Of a DNA stretch of 64,000 nt, positions 51,801 through 64,000 are shown piece by piece. This DNA is from Anthoceros angustus. Lineage: Eukaryota; Plantae; Anthocerotophyta. The notes below the pieces were generated by a model. That model was not told where the DNA came from. It saw only the letters and a list, made by a program, of their open reading frames with translations, and ran no database searches. The position numbers were made by a program, and so were the translations under genes. The DNA lies in contig MU008152.1 of assembly GCA_010909165.1 (NCBI GenBank), positions 310,001-374,000 of the forward strand, read 5' to 3'. The number at the start of each line of letters is the position of its first letter. Position 1 is the first letter of the stretch.

Positions 51801-53461
51801 AGGAGATGGAGGATCTCCTGACTCGCCCGTGAGGTGGAGCAAGAAGGCGGAGATGGAAGACCGCAAGGAGACCTTGAGTCAGCTTCAAACTACCATTGAG
51901 AGGAATGGTAGTCTCAGACGTGGTCGCGAACGCGAACGGGAAATAGAGCGGCCCAGCTATGGACGGAGGCGACGGCGATGGAACAGGAGCAGGACGCCGA
52001 GATGGAGAAGGCTCGGAGCCCGCACCGGGCAGAGTTCACCCGAGAGGAGATGGCCTGTAATGGACAGAGCGAGAGCACTGGAAGCGCATAAGAAGCCGCT
52101 GGTCCAGCTTGAGGAAGGCGGAAGGAACGCTGCTATGGCCGGTAAGTAGCGGAGCAAGGACGGAGTTGGAGCAGTGTGGAGCAACAGGCCATGGAGGTGA
52201 CCGAGGCACTGCACCGCGTGAAGCAGCCCCGACTCCAGCTATCAAACTGGCAGGGAGGTGGTCCAACAAGCGGGCAAAGACGCCGCCTCCCGAGCACCTA
52301 TGGCGAAGGGAGTATCGGTGCCCGCACACGTGGAAGAGGCAACCAACAAGTGGATTCGGACTTTGCCTATTACCACGCGAGCTCTGAGGCCTCTCGGCGC
52401 CAGCGCAAATAGGCGGACCTGGAAGGCCTGTGAGGGGAAGAAGGGCATGGGAGACGGGACTCTAGTGGCCTGTTTGGAGACGACGGCAATGGGGAGAAGA
52501 GCCTCAAGAGGAGCGAGACGAACGGACCCTGTGGTAAGTTCACCGCAACCCGCCGGAGAAGGGAGGTGACGGCCCAAAGGCGGAAGGAGGAGCCAACCCG
52601 ACCCAAGACAAGGGTCGGGGGTAGGGATGAGGACCTAGCAAGACGAGGTCCACAGATAAGGGGTCCGCCTCACGGATCATCCGATTAGTGCGCCCATGGC
52701 TATAGACGGAGATTGGACCACCAATCCCAAGGCGGAACCAGGACCTTCCAGCCGTAGAAGGAGATAGGGGAGGAAATAGGATGGTAGGCGGCGATTAGGG
52801 TATCTTGGTGGCCATCATCGAGAATAGAGTGTAATAAAGGCGCCGACTTGGGCGTAGTATAAGAGGGCTGCCTGAATAAATCATCTTTCTCTTGGTGTTG
52901 ATGCGCGTTCTTGCGAGACCTTGTGTGTCTTCTTGCTAACGTGAGTCACGAGTCAGCGGCACGGCTCGGAGAGATTGATCGAGGTTACGGTGGCGGACCT
53001 AACGTGTTGTGGTGTGTGAGGGTGACTGGGATCCGTGCTCGCCCAGGCCGCGCCGACCGAACGGACCGAACGTGAGCCGGAGGGACTCGGAGGGCGGCAG
53101 AGCCGGACGAGAGGCCCGGCAGAACGAGGAGGTCCATGTAACCAGCGTCTTTCCTTAAGACTGATAAGTGTAGTGTGAGTGGAGAGAGGAACGGACTAGA
53201 GGTGTGAGTGACGAACGTGAACGATACGGACGCGAACGGGTCCTTAAACGTTTGGCCATACCGGGTCTGTGCGGTGAACGTTGCGAGTAGTTAGACGCGA
53301 ACTAATGAATGTGTGCGTTGGGACTGAACGGACGCAAAGTAAGACGAGAATCGCCTGAAACACTGCAAACGGAGCCTGACATTCCCTTGGGAACGGACTC
53401 CTTCCTACAACGACACGGGATTGTGCGCGCCCGTCTGGCCGTCAGCGAAAGTCGTGCCACA
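48882..53461 (+). repeat. Gypsy 3' LTR, second part, with an internal duplication
   Basis: Resumes GGGCGCCCGAGGTGGG, matching about 17430 onward, and ends AAAGTCGTGCCACA. The block ATCACTATCGGCGTGATCG...GGATGAGGACCTAGC occurs twice (about 49860-51040 and 51470-52640) but only once in full in the 5' LTR. Confidence 0.88.
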
Positions 53462-53466
53462 CAAAG

Positions 53467-53900
53467 TCTATTGGGCAGAGGCTCTCCTCACAGCCACATA
53501 TCTCATGAATCAACTGCCTACCTCCGAAGTCCAAGGTATGACACCTCATGAAGCCTTTACTGGCAACAAGCCCTCTATTGATCATCTCTGCGTTTTTGGA
53601 TTTCTGGCATATGTCTTTATTCCTAAAGCATTGCAAAAGAAGCTTGATCCAAAAGCAGCCAAATACACCTTCATTGGATATACGGAAGGCATCAAGGGTT
53701 ATAAATTATTTGATCCTTCCACAAAAAAGCTTCTTTATGCTCGCAGTGTCACTTTTTATTAATATCACCTATTTTCTCCTTTAGTGGGAGATATTTTGCC
53801 CCCTCATCATATTTCTCCCGATGAGGAGCCCGAATCTTCTTTTGATGATAGTGACCATATTACTGACTTCTTTATTCCTGCCTTACGTGTTCCCATTATA
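53467..53900 (+). pseudogene. Outer Copia integrase C-terminal half
   Basis: YWAEALLTATYLMNQLPT...TPHEAFTGNKPSIDHLCVFG...KLDPKAAKYTFIGYTEGIKGYKLFDP continues the frame broken at 16131. Confidence 0.92.
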
Positions 53901-53904
53901 AGAA

Positions 53905-54396
53905 TCGCAGGTGTTTTACAACGCATTTTACAACGTAATTTACAACCTCACGTTGTAAAAACGGGCATTTATACGTTTGTAAACTGACAGCTTAACTAGG
54001 TTGTAAAATTGCTGACGTGGCATGCAAGATTACCACGTCATGAAGTTGCTCACGTGGCCACCACGTCAGCTAACCGGACGGGTAAGGTGTCCGGGTAGCC
54101 GGTTTACAATGCCATTTACAACGTTGGGCTCGTTTACAACCTAAATAACAACGCCATTTACAACATGGTTGCCTTGTAATCTAGGTTGTAAAGTAGGTTG
54201 TTAATAGGAGGTTGTAGTCTGACAGCTTAACTAGGTTGAAAAGTGGGTATATTTACAACGTATTTTACAATATACGTCACAACCTCGTTTACAACCTTCA
54301 TACACCCTTACTTTACGACGTCATTTACAACGTCGTTTCCAACGTGGTTTCCAACGTGGTTTGCAACGTAGTTTACAATGTGGTTTACAACGTCGT
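53905..54396. repeat. TTTACAAC-motif-rich insertion, probably derived from DNA transposon subterminal repeats
   Basis: Many TTTACAAC and GTTGTAAA copies in both orientations. Six tandem 12-bp units (TTT(A/C)CAACGTGG-like) at about 54322-54395. No clear TIR or TSD. Confidence 0.6.
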
Positions 54397-55967
54397 CCTT
54401 CCGATGGATCTTTTATGTAAGAGGAGGAGGAGGAGTTAGCATACATCCCACGTCCAGACTCACCTCCATTGAATACAGAGGAACCCCAACATTCATTCCT
54501 GATGATCCGGACGAGCCTGAGCATGAACCTAAGTATTTAGTCAAGTCTTCCTTAGCCTTCTCAGGAATCAACGGTTATTGACGACGTGGATGATGAGCAA
54601 TCTACACAAAGGTACAACTTTAGAACCAGACCAACCATTCATGGTCCTGTTGGTTGGAAGGAGCCCCCATTGGGATACCGGATGCTACCTTTGTGGAATG
54701 TGTGGGACCCACTTGGGCTGAAAGTCTGTATAGCCCATCCTCTAGTGTGCCTATGCAAATGACATGTGACTTATTGGAGACGATTGCTTGTCACAAGGCC
54801 TGTGGGCTTCAAATAGGAGTGCAGCTTATAGAAAGGGATACAACTACACTCACAAATTGTCGAAAGAGGATTGCTGGATGCATTACTTAGCATGTGGTGG
54901 GCAACTTCCTGGTGGACATGAGATTGTATGCAAAAATGTGGTGAATTGGAGGGAGGATGCACGCCAGGTTTTTGACAGCTTGGCCACAGAGGATGTGGTA
55001 CCGTCATGAATGCCCTGCAGATTGCTGGGTCTATGATGCATAGCAAGGTCTGTGACATTCATGAGGCGCTTGTTGTGATGTGGACAAATGGAGCAGGAGG
55101 GCCCGAGTTTGGCTGACAATGTTACTTACCTTGGCCTGCCTTCTAAAAGCCCTTGTGCAAGCTTGTAGCAAGATGAGAGCGGATTTGCAATTAAGTTCTA
55201 GCTTGTTGTAAAATCTGTGGCTGTATGAGCCTATTGCAGAGATGCTAACTTGCATCCTAGTGGCTGTGTGGCTTGGCTTGCAATTGTTGTTTGTGCTCTA
55301 GACTAGTACTATATAGTCTGTGCATGTATCTAGCGGACACCCAAGGTGCTACGAAGGATCATCCTATGGCTTGAATATGCATACTTATTTTGGCAAGACA
55401 GACCAGATCAGTAATATAGCGTGCAGCAACACAAGTGCAAGGACAAAATTAAGCTTTAAGCTAGGGCACCCATGGCTTGGACGCGTTGAGGCCTGTCCTC
55501 AGGTTTCGACCACATAGTTTGGTCGGACATTTATGACAATTATCCAGAGTGTGCTGCCATTCAGCCCCCTGGTTGCATAAATTTGGATGTCTCAATGTGC
55601 CTTCATTCTGCCACCACCCACATTCCATAATCTGCTAGAAGCCACACTCGCAAGTGAGCCAAAGCCGTCTGCGCTTCCGGTCTATCTTACATTACAAGGG
55701 TCATCTTATCTTATCTTACTACTGTAATTATTGTGATATTAAAATATATAAAAATACATATTTCTTTATATACAAAATTTTAATAAATAGATAATAACAT
55801 ATCATGTAATTATATTTTTCATTACCACAAGATGTAATTGTAAAATACCATTTTATCTTATAGTAGTAATTACCACCATAATTACTATGGTGCTAGGGTC
55901 TTACCCGTAATACTCACAAGCTGACTATCGGACAAAGATTCTCTCGCCTCCCCACCATGGATCCGGT

Positions 55968-56162
55968 AAAGGTGCTTTGAAATTTCATTTCAACATGAAA
56001 ACTTATTAGCGCACAAAAGTGCTTTGAAATTCCATTTCAACATGAAAAATTATTAGCACATAAAAGGTGCTTTGAAATTCCATTTCAACATGAAAACTTA
56101 TTAGCGCACAAAAGGTGCTTTGAAATTCCATTTCAACATGAAAACTTATTAGCGCACAAAAG
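55968..56162. repeat. 47-48-bp tandem repeat, 4 copies
   Basis: AAAGGTGCTTTGAAATTCCATTTCAACATGAAAACTTATTAGCGCACA, with GTGCTTTGA cores at 55972, 56019, 56067 and 56115. No spacers. Confidence 0.92.
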
Positions 56163-57582
56163 TTCTTATGCATGGGAGATAACCTTGAATTTTACAATAT
56201 TTTGTCAAATTCATTACCCAAAGTGAAAGCACTTTCACTATCTCCTAAGAATTTTTGAACCCAAGAAAACCTTTAAGACGTTCCCTTTCTTTTCCGTGCA
56301 AGAACTTCCTTTTAGGCATCATGGGGTTACACTGGATCAGTGCTTCAATGAGGGAGAAAGATAGTAAGTTTTATTAAAATTCATAAAGTAATATATGAAT
56401 AATGTTAATACAAGTATTATTATAAGTAGATAAGCCTAAAGATGTAAAGTGATTAAAGCTTTACTGATATAATCGTGATCGTTGGGGCCTTATGACACTC
56501 TAAAGGTCAAGGCTATGTGTCGGAGTGTCTCCTGCAGTTCAACGGGCATGTTGCACTACTTCCTTTCCTGTCCCCGTCGAGGATTCCCTTCCCTGCGACC
56601 CTGTGCTATTCGCGGCACGATGTGGAATCTGGTCCGAAGGGTTCCATGAATGCTGTGGAGGTTAAAATGGCATTCGCGCGCATAATTTGAATGTGGAGTC
56701 CGATCCTCTGCCCGCGCATCGATGCGAAGTCTCAGCTTTAGTATCATCAAACCTCTAAATTGGTGAACGTGAGAGTAGTTTTGGCGTGAGAAGAGAAGCT
56801 CACAGCTAGACTAGTCTTCCACGAGGAGACGGTATTGCAGAATTGCCGTGAAAGGGAAGGAAGGCGTAGCTAATAAATGGTTCCCCCGCAGTTGTTGATT
56901 GTCTGTCAGGATGAGAGGATTTGGGTAGGGGGATAACATTGTTAAACAATAAACAATGGAAGGCAATGGTAAAGCGAGATAGATCGCAGGACGTTTGACC
57001 CACGACCCAGTAAGGCCACAAGCTGTGCTGAGCTGGCCACCTTGAGCTCAAGCACTGCTTCACGGAATCATGTGTCACACAGTGTGCAAACGAAAGGGCG
57101 GGCGTGGTGACTGATGAGGAGTGTGCGCTAAGGCCAAGAAGGCAAGCACAAGCACAAGCACAACTTCCTGCATGTGCCATTGAACTGGAAGCTCAGGTGC
57201 TTGTCGGTGTCGTCGAGGTAGAAATGGTTACAGTATGTATCTGTCTCATGTCGATTGACTGGTTGTGCATCGGTGCATCGAGAGGGACGGTTGTACGTGA
57301 GTCTACTAGCGTAGGGCAGTCATGCTGGGTTCCTGCCTGGTGCGCATTGTGCCCCTGGCCATTGGCACTTGTCATTTGCGCCTTGGGCAATAGGGATTTT
57401 CCCTTGCGCTTCCTTCCATGTTGGTCGTGGATGTTGACACGACCGGAAACAGGTAGCACACCGGTGTGTCGACGGCTTGGAACTAAAACTGCTTCGCAAG
57501 CTTGCTGCCAGCTTTCTCACCCATGCCTGTCTTGTCTTTCTCATGATAGGTGGCGTTTGTAAGTTCGTCCTCGGATCAAGCG

Positions 57583-58307
57583 ATGGCAGAAAAGCGTGGT
57601 GCGGAGGACCCAGTCCCAACTAACAATCAGGCCACCAGGTTAGATCCTCTCACCAGGCATGACGATTTCTGCAATGCCACTTTCACTCTCATGAGATGGG
57701 CTTATCGAGTGAGCCAATTGCAACCTTCGGATTATGGTACAGGAACTTCCAGTTCGCCTTCCCTACTGCGCAGCTGAAGAAGGGCCTGACCGCTGTCCAT
57801 GTGACCACGCTGGACGAGGTGGTGAGTGTAAACTCCTTCTTCACAGTGGCAGTCTTCATTGGGCTCTCCCTTGTGGTGCCCAACAGCAACACACTATTAG
57901 CACCTCCGCCTAAGGACCCAGCATGCTATCCTGGCTCTCACGTCATCAAGCAGCTGCTCGTCTTCATGGTGGTATCCTTCAGCTGCTTCCAGTTTTCCAG
58001 CCTGGTGGCCCACGGCATGAAGCTTGCCATTGTTCTGAAAAATGGGGACAACAAGGAGGAGCCCCACTTCGGAGAAGTGAGCTACAGGGTATTGAGGATC
58101 GGCATGGGCTTTGCTGCACTGGGCTCTGTAACGGGAACGGTTTTCCTCATGCTGGCCTTGCTCAACATCATCCAGTTGAGGTTTGGGAGGCTGGATTGCG
58201 AATCTGAAAACTGGGCGAGAACAGCAGCAATTCCACTGTTGGTGCTGGTACCTGCTGGCGTGCTTATTTTCCTGTCTGCTGTATTACACGGCCTCTTTTT
58301 CCATTGA
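57583..58307 (+). CDS. MEE60-like (maternal effect embryo arrest 60 family) multi-pass membrane protein, about 206 aa; probable exons 57583-57638 and 57743-58307
   Basis: TAVHVTTLDEVVSVNSFFTVAVFIGLS...LLVFMVVSFSCFQFSSLVAHGMKLAI resembles the plant MEE60 family, with four hydrophobic segments. The exon 1 splice choice is inferred from frame compatibility. Confidence 0.8.
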
Positions 58308-59399
58308 CGTTGATACAGGAGCTGTCGGCTCTTGCCTTCATTGTATTGTACGACGCGGTGTATCTGTAACTGTAACTTCTAAACGCAGAGGAGCTTATAT
58401 AGCTTCGCAGGAAACTTGTAGGATGAATTCGCAGGAATGTTTTAGGATGCATGTCCGCAGAACAGACAGACATTAGAAGGGGACTTGTTACAAGTTGGTT
58501 CAAGAAATGTACATGAAGTGCTTCGGGTAGAAGGACCACTCCAGAGGAACATCAGAGCTACGTACAACAGTTCAGGGCCTGAGCTTGCTAGCTAAGCCAC
58601 CTATCTGGCAACCGACTGCTCCAAAGCTAACTCGTGCAGACGACAAGAAGAGTTGCTGCCACAAACTGGTACTGGGACGGGTTCAGGATCAGAAGTTTAA
58701 TGGTCAAAGGTTAGGATTCATCATGAACAATGATTCCCATTTTCATAAATGGGAACGAATTCCATCTAAGGCTGATTTTCTAACAACAGTTCCAGAGGGT
58801 GCGTATAAGACTAGGAAACGAAACGAAAAAAGTCGACAATGTTACAAGCAGACGCAACAGCTTGATGATAACCTTCATCGTTGCTCCACCTTTCTGCTCC
58901 TGGATGTGGATTCTCTCACCAACTGAACCCCACCTCCAGACCTAGATTCCTCCTCCGCGGGAAAACTGATAGCACCTGTGCACCCAAACTTCAGACCTCT
59001 TTCTATGCCATATCAACAGAAACTGCGAGTAACATACACTTGAAACTTTCAGAGAAAAAACTAGCAAAGAAATTATGGCTACTTCTAGCGCTCCCATAGC
59101 TCGATCAACGATACTAAGAGGGACTGGGATCTAGCTGCGTGAGGAGCAATAATTGCCCCTGGGCCACCCAGGCAAGGCCACCCAAAGCAAAGGCAGCAGG
59201 ACTTTCAACAGGTTGTGTCAAGAACCGGACCCAAGACAACACTCTGAACTACAGTAAGCTTAGTGCCACCCATCTCAACGTGACTTAATGCAGGGTCCTA
59301 AGTAGAACCTACCTAAATTGGATCCTTGAGGAACATGTAATCACTCCATTCTTCACCCAAGAGACTGATCAAATGTATGCTGACAAGAAAGTTGGCAAT

Positions 59400-61263
59400 C
59401 TACCATGGGCCCGAACGAGTTCGCCTCAGAGCCATAGCCCTGGATTGTGGTGCAGACTGTTGCCCATGAGCGACCATTGCTTCAATCATCTGCATCAAAT
59501 CAACATCAGCTCAGAGCAGAACCTCATACAAACAGTGGCTCAGGAACTGCCCACATGTAGCAACTGGAGACACACCTGCTTCTTCTTCATTTCTTCCTCC
59601 TGCTAGCCACCGTGAAAAAAGGGAAATCAGGACAGGCATCACGAAAATAGAGAATCAACAAACCAACCGCATTACAATAACCTATCCCATTCAACGAAAT
59701 GGTCATGTCGTAGCATACCTGCAGCTTCTTCAGCCTCATGTTCTCCTCTTTCAGCTGCGTAACCTCAGCTTCCAACTCGACAGTGTACGCCTGGAGTCAA
59801 AGTACCAACTCATCAGCATCCTGGATGAGACCAATCCCTTTGAGACTGCTATTCTGCGGCTTAGCTGCTAGGTGACGGCTAAGCCTACCATAAGATGTCG
59901 TGAACAACATCTCCACCAATCCGAAAACATGGCAGCAAACAGGAGCTCTGCCACAGCATCAAGGCTCGACAGCACAAAGAAGGAATGTGTATTGGCACAC
60001 ATTAGTCCACGTAACCTCTGTCATCAGCACTCTAAACACTAGAATAGAGGGTTGCTGGTAATCGACCTGCTTGCGAGCCCGTGATCGAGCAGCAGACTCC
60101 CGGTTCTTTATCATGCGACGTTGACGCCGCTCCACAACTTTTTCTACTGGCCCATCCGGACCCCTCTTCCTTCCCCTCAAACCGTCTAACCCGTAGCCAC
60201 CGCCTATTGGAGAAAGGCTCAACCCATTCCCACCATTACCCATACTATCAGAGATGGGGCTGGTGGGTGATGCCGGGGCGAGCGCAAGAGTGCTCATTCC
60301 GGCTCCTGCACCAAGCCCAATACCCAGCCCTCCTGCCATGCTGTTGGCCAGACCACCTCCTAACGGACCAAGACCTACCGGCCCGCCGTTGCCCATCCTC
60401 TTGGCAGCATTCACGTAAGCAGCAGCCTCGACTTGCTGCTGGGCAAGTAGCGCTTGCTGCTGCTGGGCGGTGCGGAACTGATCACTCAACCACTGCACCT
60501 GCACCTGCTGCTGCTGCTTGAAAGCATCTACCTGCATGGCATCCAAGGCATTTGCCGGCGACAGAGTGAGGCCGGGATGAATCCCAGCCCCCATGTCTCG
60601 TTCTGCACCAGCGGTGCCTTCCCTGTCTGCGAAGCCTGCTGCCAGGTCAACTCTGTCTCCAACATTGTCACCTCCTGCAGGGGGAGCAGGTGGGAAGCCA
60701 CCAGAAACAGGGACCAACGAATTGCCTACAGAGTCTAAGTCGTCTCGAACTACGCCAGCTCTCACCAGAAAATCCTCCAAAGTCATCTCTCCAAATGTTG
60801 TGGTCCTTTGCTGCTGGGCGGTGGTGGCGGTGGTAGCCCCATCGTTCGAAGCGTGGATGTCCCGCCACACTTCATCCACAGTCTTCCTGCTCAAAGTCCG
60901 AGGCAGAGTAAGAGACCCCTGCCTCTGCAAGCTGGGCTGCCTAGTCAGCCCCTCTCTATCAGGTGGCGGCTGCTGGGCCTCCGCGCCCGAGGAAGCAGTG
61001 GTCATGAGCGCCGCCATGGCTTGCTGCTCCTCAGCCGTCCAGATGTTTTTCAGAAACTCGTCCATGTTCATGGACCCGAAATTCTTCACTTCCGGTATCG
61101 AGCTCTGGAACTCGTCCAGAGTCAGAGAGTAGATGGAACTCTGCCTCGCTAACGAGCCAAACCCGCCGCTGAGCCCCCTCCCCAAGCTCGGGAAGGAGGC
61201 ATTCAGAAGGGCGGTGCTCGAAGCCATGGGCGCAGACTGCGCCTGCTGTGCCTGAGACCCCAT
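59400..61263 (-). CDS. Group A bZIP transcription factor (ABI5/ABF/AREB family), 461 aa; exons 61263-60067, 59790-59719, 59602-59576, 59489-59400
   Basis: Conserved C1 (LARQSSIYSLTLDEFQ, FGSMNMDEFLKNIW), C2 (LQRQGSLTLPRTLSRKTVDEVW) and C3 (TFGEMTLEDFLVRAGVV). Basic region VERRQRRMIKNRESAARSRARKQ, the family-typical 72-bp zipper exon, and C4 LRRTRSGPW*. The ABI5 versus ABF orthology is not resolved. Confidence 0.95.
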
Positions 61264-62371
61264 ACCTGCCCGGGTATGACCAAGAAATGCAACAAAAAAA
61301 GATGCAACCTTCAACACCCTCTCCAACCAACGCGCTGCCTCCAATTATCCCGCACCTGGTCTCTTCCTAATGTTAGCACCTCAAGGAGAGCTGGAACGAG
61401 CTGATACCCCTCTCTTCCCAAAAAGAAGCGGCCATGTCCAAGATAAGTCACGGATCTTGCACAAACCACTCCATAAATCTACAGCTTACCACACCAGCCG
61501 CCAACCTGGCTCGCAGAGCTGCTACTCCCTGCATACTCCACAGACAACAACTCGCCAAAACTTTCCCCGTCAACCCCTCCCAACGATCTGCCAGCGGGAC
61601 GCCAGCAGGGAACAGAAACTCTCAATTTCTGAAGCAGATCATGCATGCCACACCTTGGCTCCCCCTTCCATAAAGATAAACGGCCGGGGCAAGAGCAGGG
61701 AAACACTTCACACTTCACTTCACTTCCGTCCGCCAGCGGCTTGGCATCAAGGTTGTCAGCTCTTCACAGGAGCAGGCAGACCAGAGGATTTTTTTTGCAG
61801 AGAACCTCTCGAGGAAACCTCGATCAGGTTGGGACGGCCAGGGTAGGCTCCCCAGTAATAACGCACAAAAGTGGCGTGCTGCTGTCGAATTCAACGAAAA
61901 ATGTGAGAAGGCAGGAAGGAAGGAAGGGGAGGAAGGGGGGGACGGCAGCAAAGTGGGGGAAAGAGGGCGGGGGAGGGGAGGAGGAGGGGACCTGACCTCC
62001 CCGCTCAGTCTGGCTCCAGGGTGAGGAAGAGGAAGAGGAGAGGGAATGGCAGGAGGGGAGAGAGGGCGCCGTGGCTGCAGCTGCACGAACAGTGGGAAGA
62101 AGTGGAGATGGCGGGCGGAGGAGGCAACCCTGGGGCAGCAAGGGTGCGCTCAGAGGAGGAGCAGGCAGCAGGGCAGCAGGCGGGGCTGGGACAGCGGAGG
62201 AAGGCACCCAGGAGGAGAAAAGAGTCGCAGAGCTGTCTTGCTTCTACGGCGGCCTCGTGTCTAGGCTAGCCGCCTTGAGTTTCGCCGGCGGGAAGATTCG
62301 CCCATTGCCTTACGCCGCGGTCAAACGGTAGTCGAAGAAACGGTGTTAAAGCCGCGTTCTAGGCGGCGCCG

Positions 62372-63248
62372 ACGCGTGGAGGCTAACGGGGGCAGTTGTC
62401 GACGCGTGGCCGGCCGTGACACACGAGAGGTGCTTTCGCGACGGCGAAACCCGTTTCGCCTTGAGCGCCGGCGCAAGGGCTCTCCAGGATGCCCTAACGG
62501 AACGGGACGTGTGTGGGTGACAAATGGAGGACACCGGCTGGGCTGCTGCCGGGGGCACACTTGGTGACAATCGCTTCGCTTCTCATCGCCCGCTCATTGA
62601 CTTAGATACCCTGTTTGGTGAAGCGCAAATGGCTGTGTTCCGAGAACGACTGCTGGCCCCGGCCTTTAAAGGACACTTAGCACCGAACAGCAAGTTACTA
62701 CAACAACGAAACGACGTGTTATATGTAAGCACGGCCTGCTTTCTCCTGGTCCTGGCCCTGGCCCTGGCCTTGCCCTTATTGCCTTGCTTCTGTTGCTCTT
62801 GCACCTGACAATGCAACAACCACTAAATTCGACTGTACGATTCTGTTTTCTACTCTGTGCTCTGTGCCCTTCCCTATTTCTTCACCCACAGCATGCCAGA
62901 AACACGCTGACGAGTGTCCATTTGTGACCACCGTGGGGCACAACCTCCCCTCCTTCTCCGCATGTGCTTTCAAATTCAACCGCCCATTGTTTCCTATGCA
63001 TGCATCGCCTGCAATATTTTGATCTTTATCAGGATGTTTCTTCCCCCGGGTCTAGGAGCTTCCTCCCACAGCACACACCTGCGCATTGAGGTTACCTAAA
63101 TGGTATCATAAGTTCCAAATCCTAAGTAGACAAACATGGCTTCACACACGTTGTGGGGTCCGGGGACAAGACAAAAACATCACTATGGTACCTTTATAAT
63201 TTTAATCTTATACATGTATGTGGTTTTGTTTTGTGCATTCCACGTGGC
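62372..63248. promoter_or_regulatory. Candidate ABA-response motifs upstream of the bZIP gene
   Basis: CE3-like ACGCGTGG at 62372 and 62402, and a G-box/ABRE CCACGTGGC at 63240-63248. Short motifs only. Confidence 0.3.
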
Positions 63249-64000
63249 ACTGCGATATAACTATAACGGCTTTGTTTACAAAACATAAAGATTAATTCAT
63301 CCCGAACTTTTGAATTGAGATTTTTCATAGCATTGGTTCATCACGATTTTGTGTGTGCTAATAGTGTGGGAGAAGAGGTTTTTGAGCCCGGCTGGAGCCC
63401 TTTTTGATTAGGGGTTGAAACCGTCGGTGGAATATGAGCCGGTAAATACATACCCCTATTCTCCCTCCATTCTTTATGGATTCTTGATCTGAAAGTCACA
63501 GCGTGTAGGTGAGGACAATAATGGGACTTCACGTTTTTTAGGAGACCAACATGGTGGGAGTGAATTAAAATGCATAACTCAAAATACTCGGAAATAAAAT
63601 TTCCAAAAGAGGGTGGGTATATTGTGATGACCTAGCCCCCGCACGCTTTAGAATGCTTTCATAAACTTTTACTAGATCAAATCTCTTGATGGCTTTGCAT
63701 GTTAAATTGACTGAAAAATAAAGGTAAAAACCTGATTTGGCTATTCATCTTCCCTAAGGGTAGATTATCGTTTTTTCTCTAGACAAAGCAAACCTGCAAG
63801 TAGTTCATCTTCATAGACTAAGTTGAGTAAGGAAGATAGGGGTTTCAGGTTTACTCATCTCCCTCAAAGTTAACCCTCATTCTCGTATGTTACTAAGGAG
63901 AAGCATTTACAGGGCGTTTGGACTCTGTTGACTATGTCTAGCTGTAACCCAATTGACAATAGGATACACAAATCGTTGGAGACTGAATTGAGGGCATTTC

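Larger units (their letters stand above)
16132..53461 (+). mobile_element. Athila-like (non-chromoviral) Ty3/Gypsy LTR retrotransposon containing nested insertions
   Basis: TG...CA termini and 5-bp TSD CAAAG (16127-16131, 53462-53466). Removing the element restores the Copia frame HSPK-VYWAEALL. Domain order gag-PR-RT-RH-INT. PPT GAGAAGGGAG at 29155-29164. Confidence 0.95.

Noticed and set aside
16132-53461. Insertion age from LTR divergence
   Set aside because: Differences between LTR copies are dominated by small indels that look like sequencing error, so any date would be unreliable.
54650-55560. Cys/Trp-containing short ORFs that might be a LINE zinc-binding remnant
   Set aside because: The motifs are too degenerate to assign.
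55968-56162. Possible CRISPR array
   Set aside because: The units are contiguous with no unique spacers, there are no cas genes, and the context is eukaryotic.
56806-57562. ORFs upstream of the MEE60-like gene, including a short hydrophobic peptide (MQEVVLVLVLAFLALA)
   Set aside because: The hydrophobic run comes from a GCACAA microsatellite and there is no supporting family motif.
5059-61263. PIP1 plus ABI5-like bZIP as a drought or ABA gene cluster
   Set aside because: They are over 50 kb apart and separated by unrelated genes. Adjacency of single genes is not evidence of a functional cluster.

Overview
Eukaryotic plant genomic DNA. Short introns of about 80-220 bp and the element types suggest a non-seed land plant, possibly a hornwort (inference). 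Four clean host genes flank a ~41 kb stack of nested transposons: a PIP1 aquaporin (-), a PHAX-family RNA export adaptor (+), an MEE60-like membrane protein (+) and an ABI5/ABF-type bZIP factor (-). Nesting order: an old Copia is split by an Athila-like Gypsy (16132-53461, ~4.6 kb LTRs, TSD CAAAG). Its 3' LTR is split by a short-LTR Copia with non-canonical AGTT...AACT ends (30389-48876, TSD GGCAA). That Copia's integrase is split by a 10.4 kb TIR DNA transposon (35496-45911). The strongest observation is the cargo of this innermost transposon. Besides an intron-containing Sola-like/DUF7869-type transposase, it carries a divergently oriented gene with a ParB-like motif upstream of a beta-class DNA amino-methyltransferase (N6-adenine/N4-cytosine type). 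It also holds dense CATG arrays and is inserted at a CATG-centred palindrome. The repeat interiors carry many small indels and several kb-scale tandem duplications, while the unique genes are intact. Frameshifts inside the transposons may therefore be uncorrected long-read errors rather than real decay. All family calls are by motif recognition; no database search was run.
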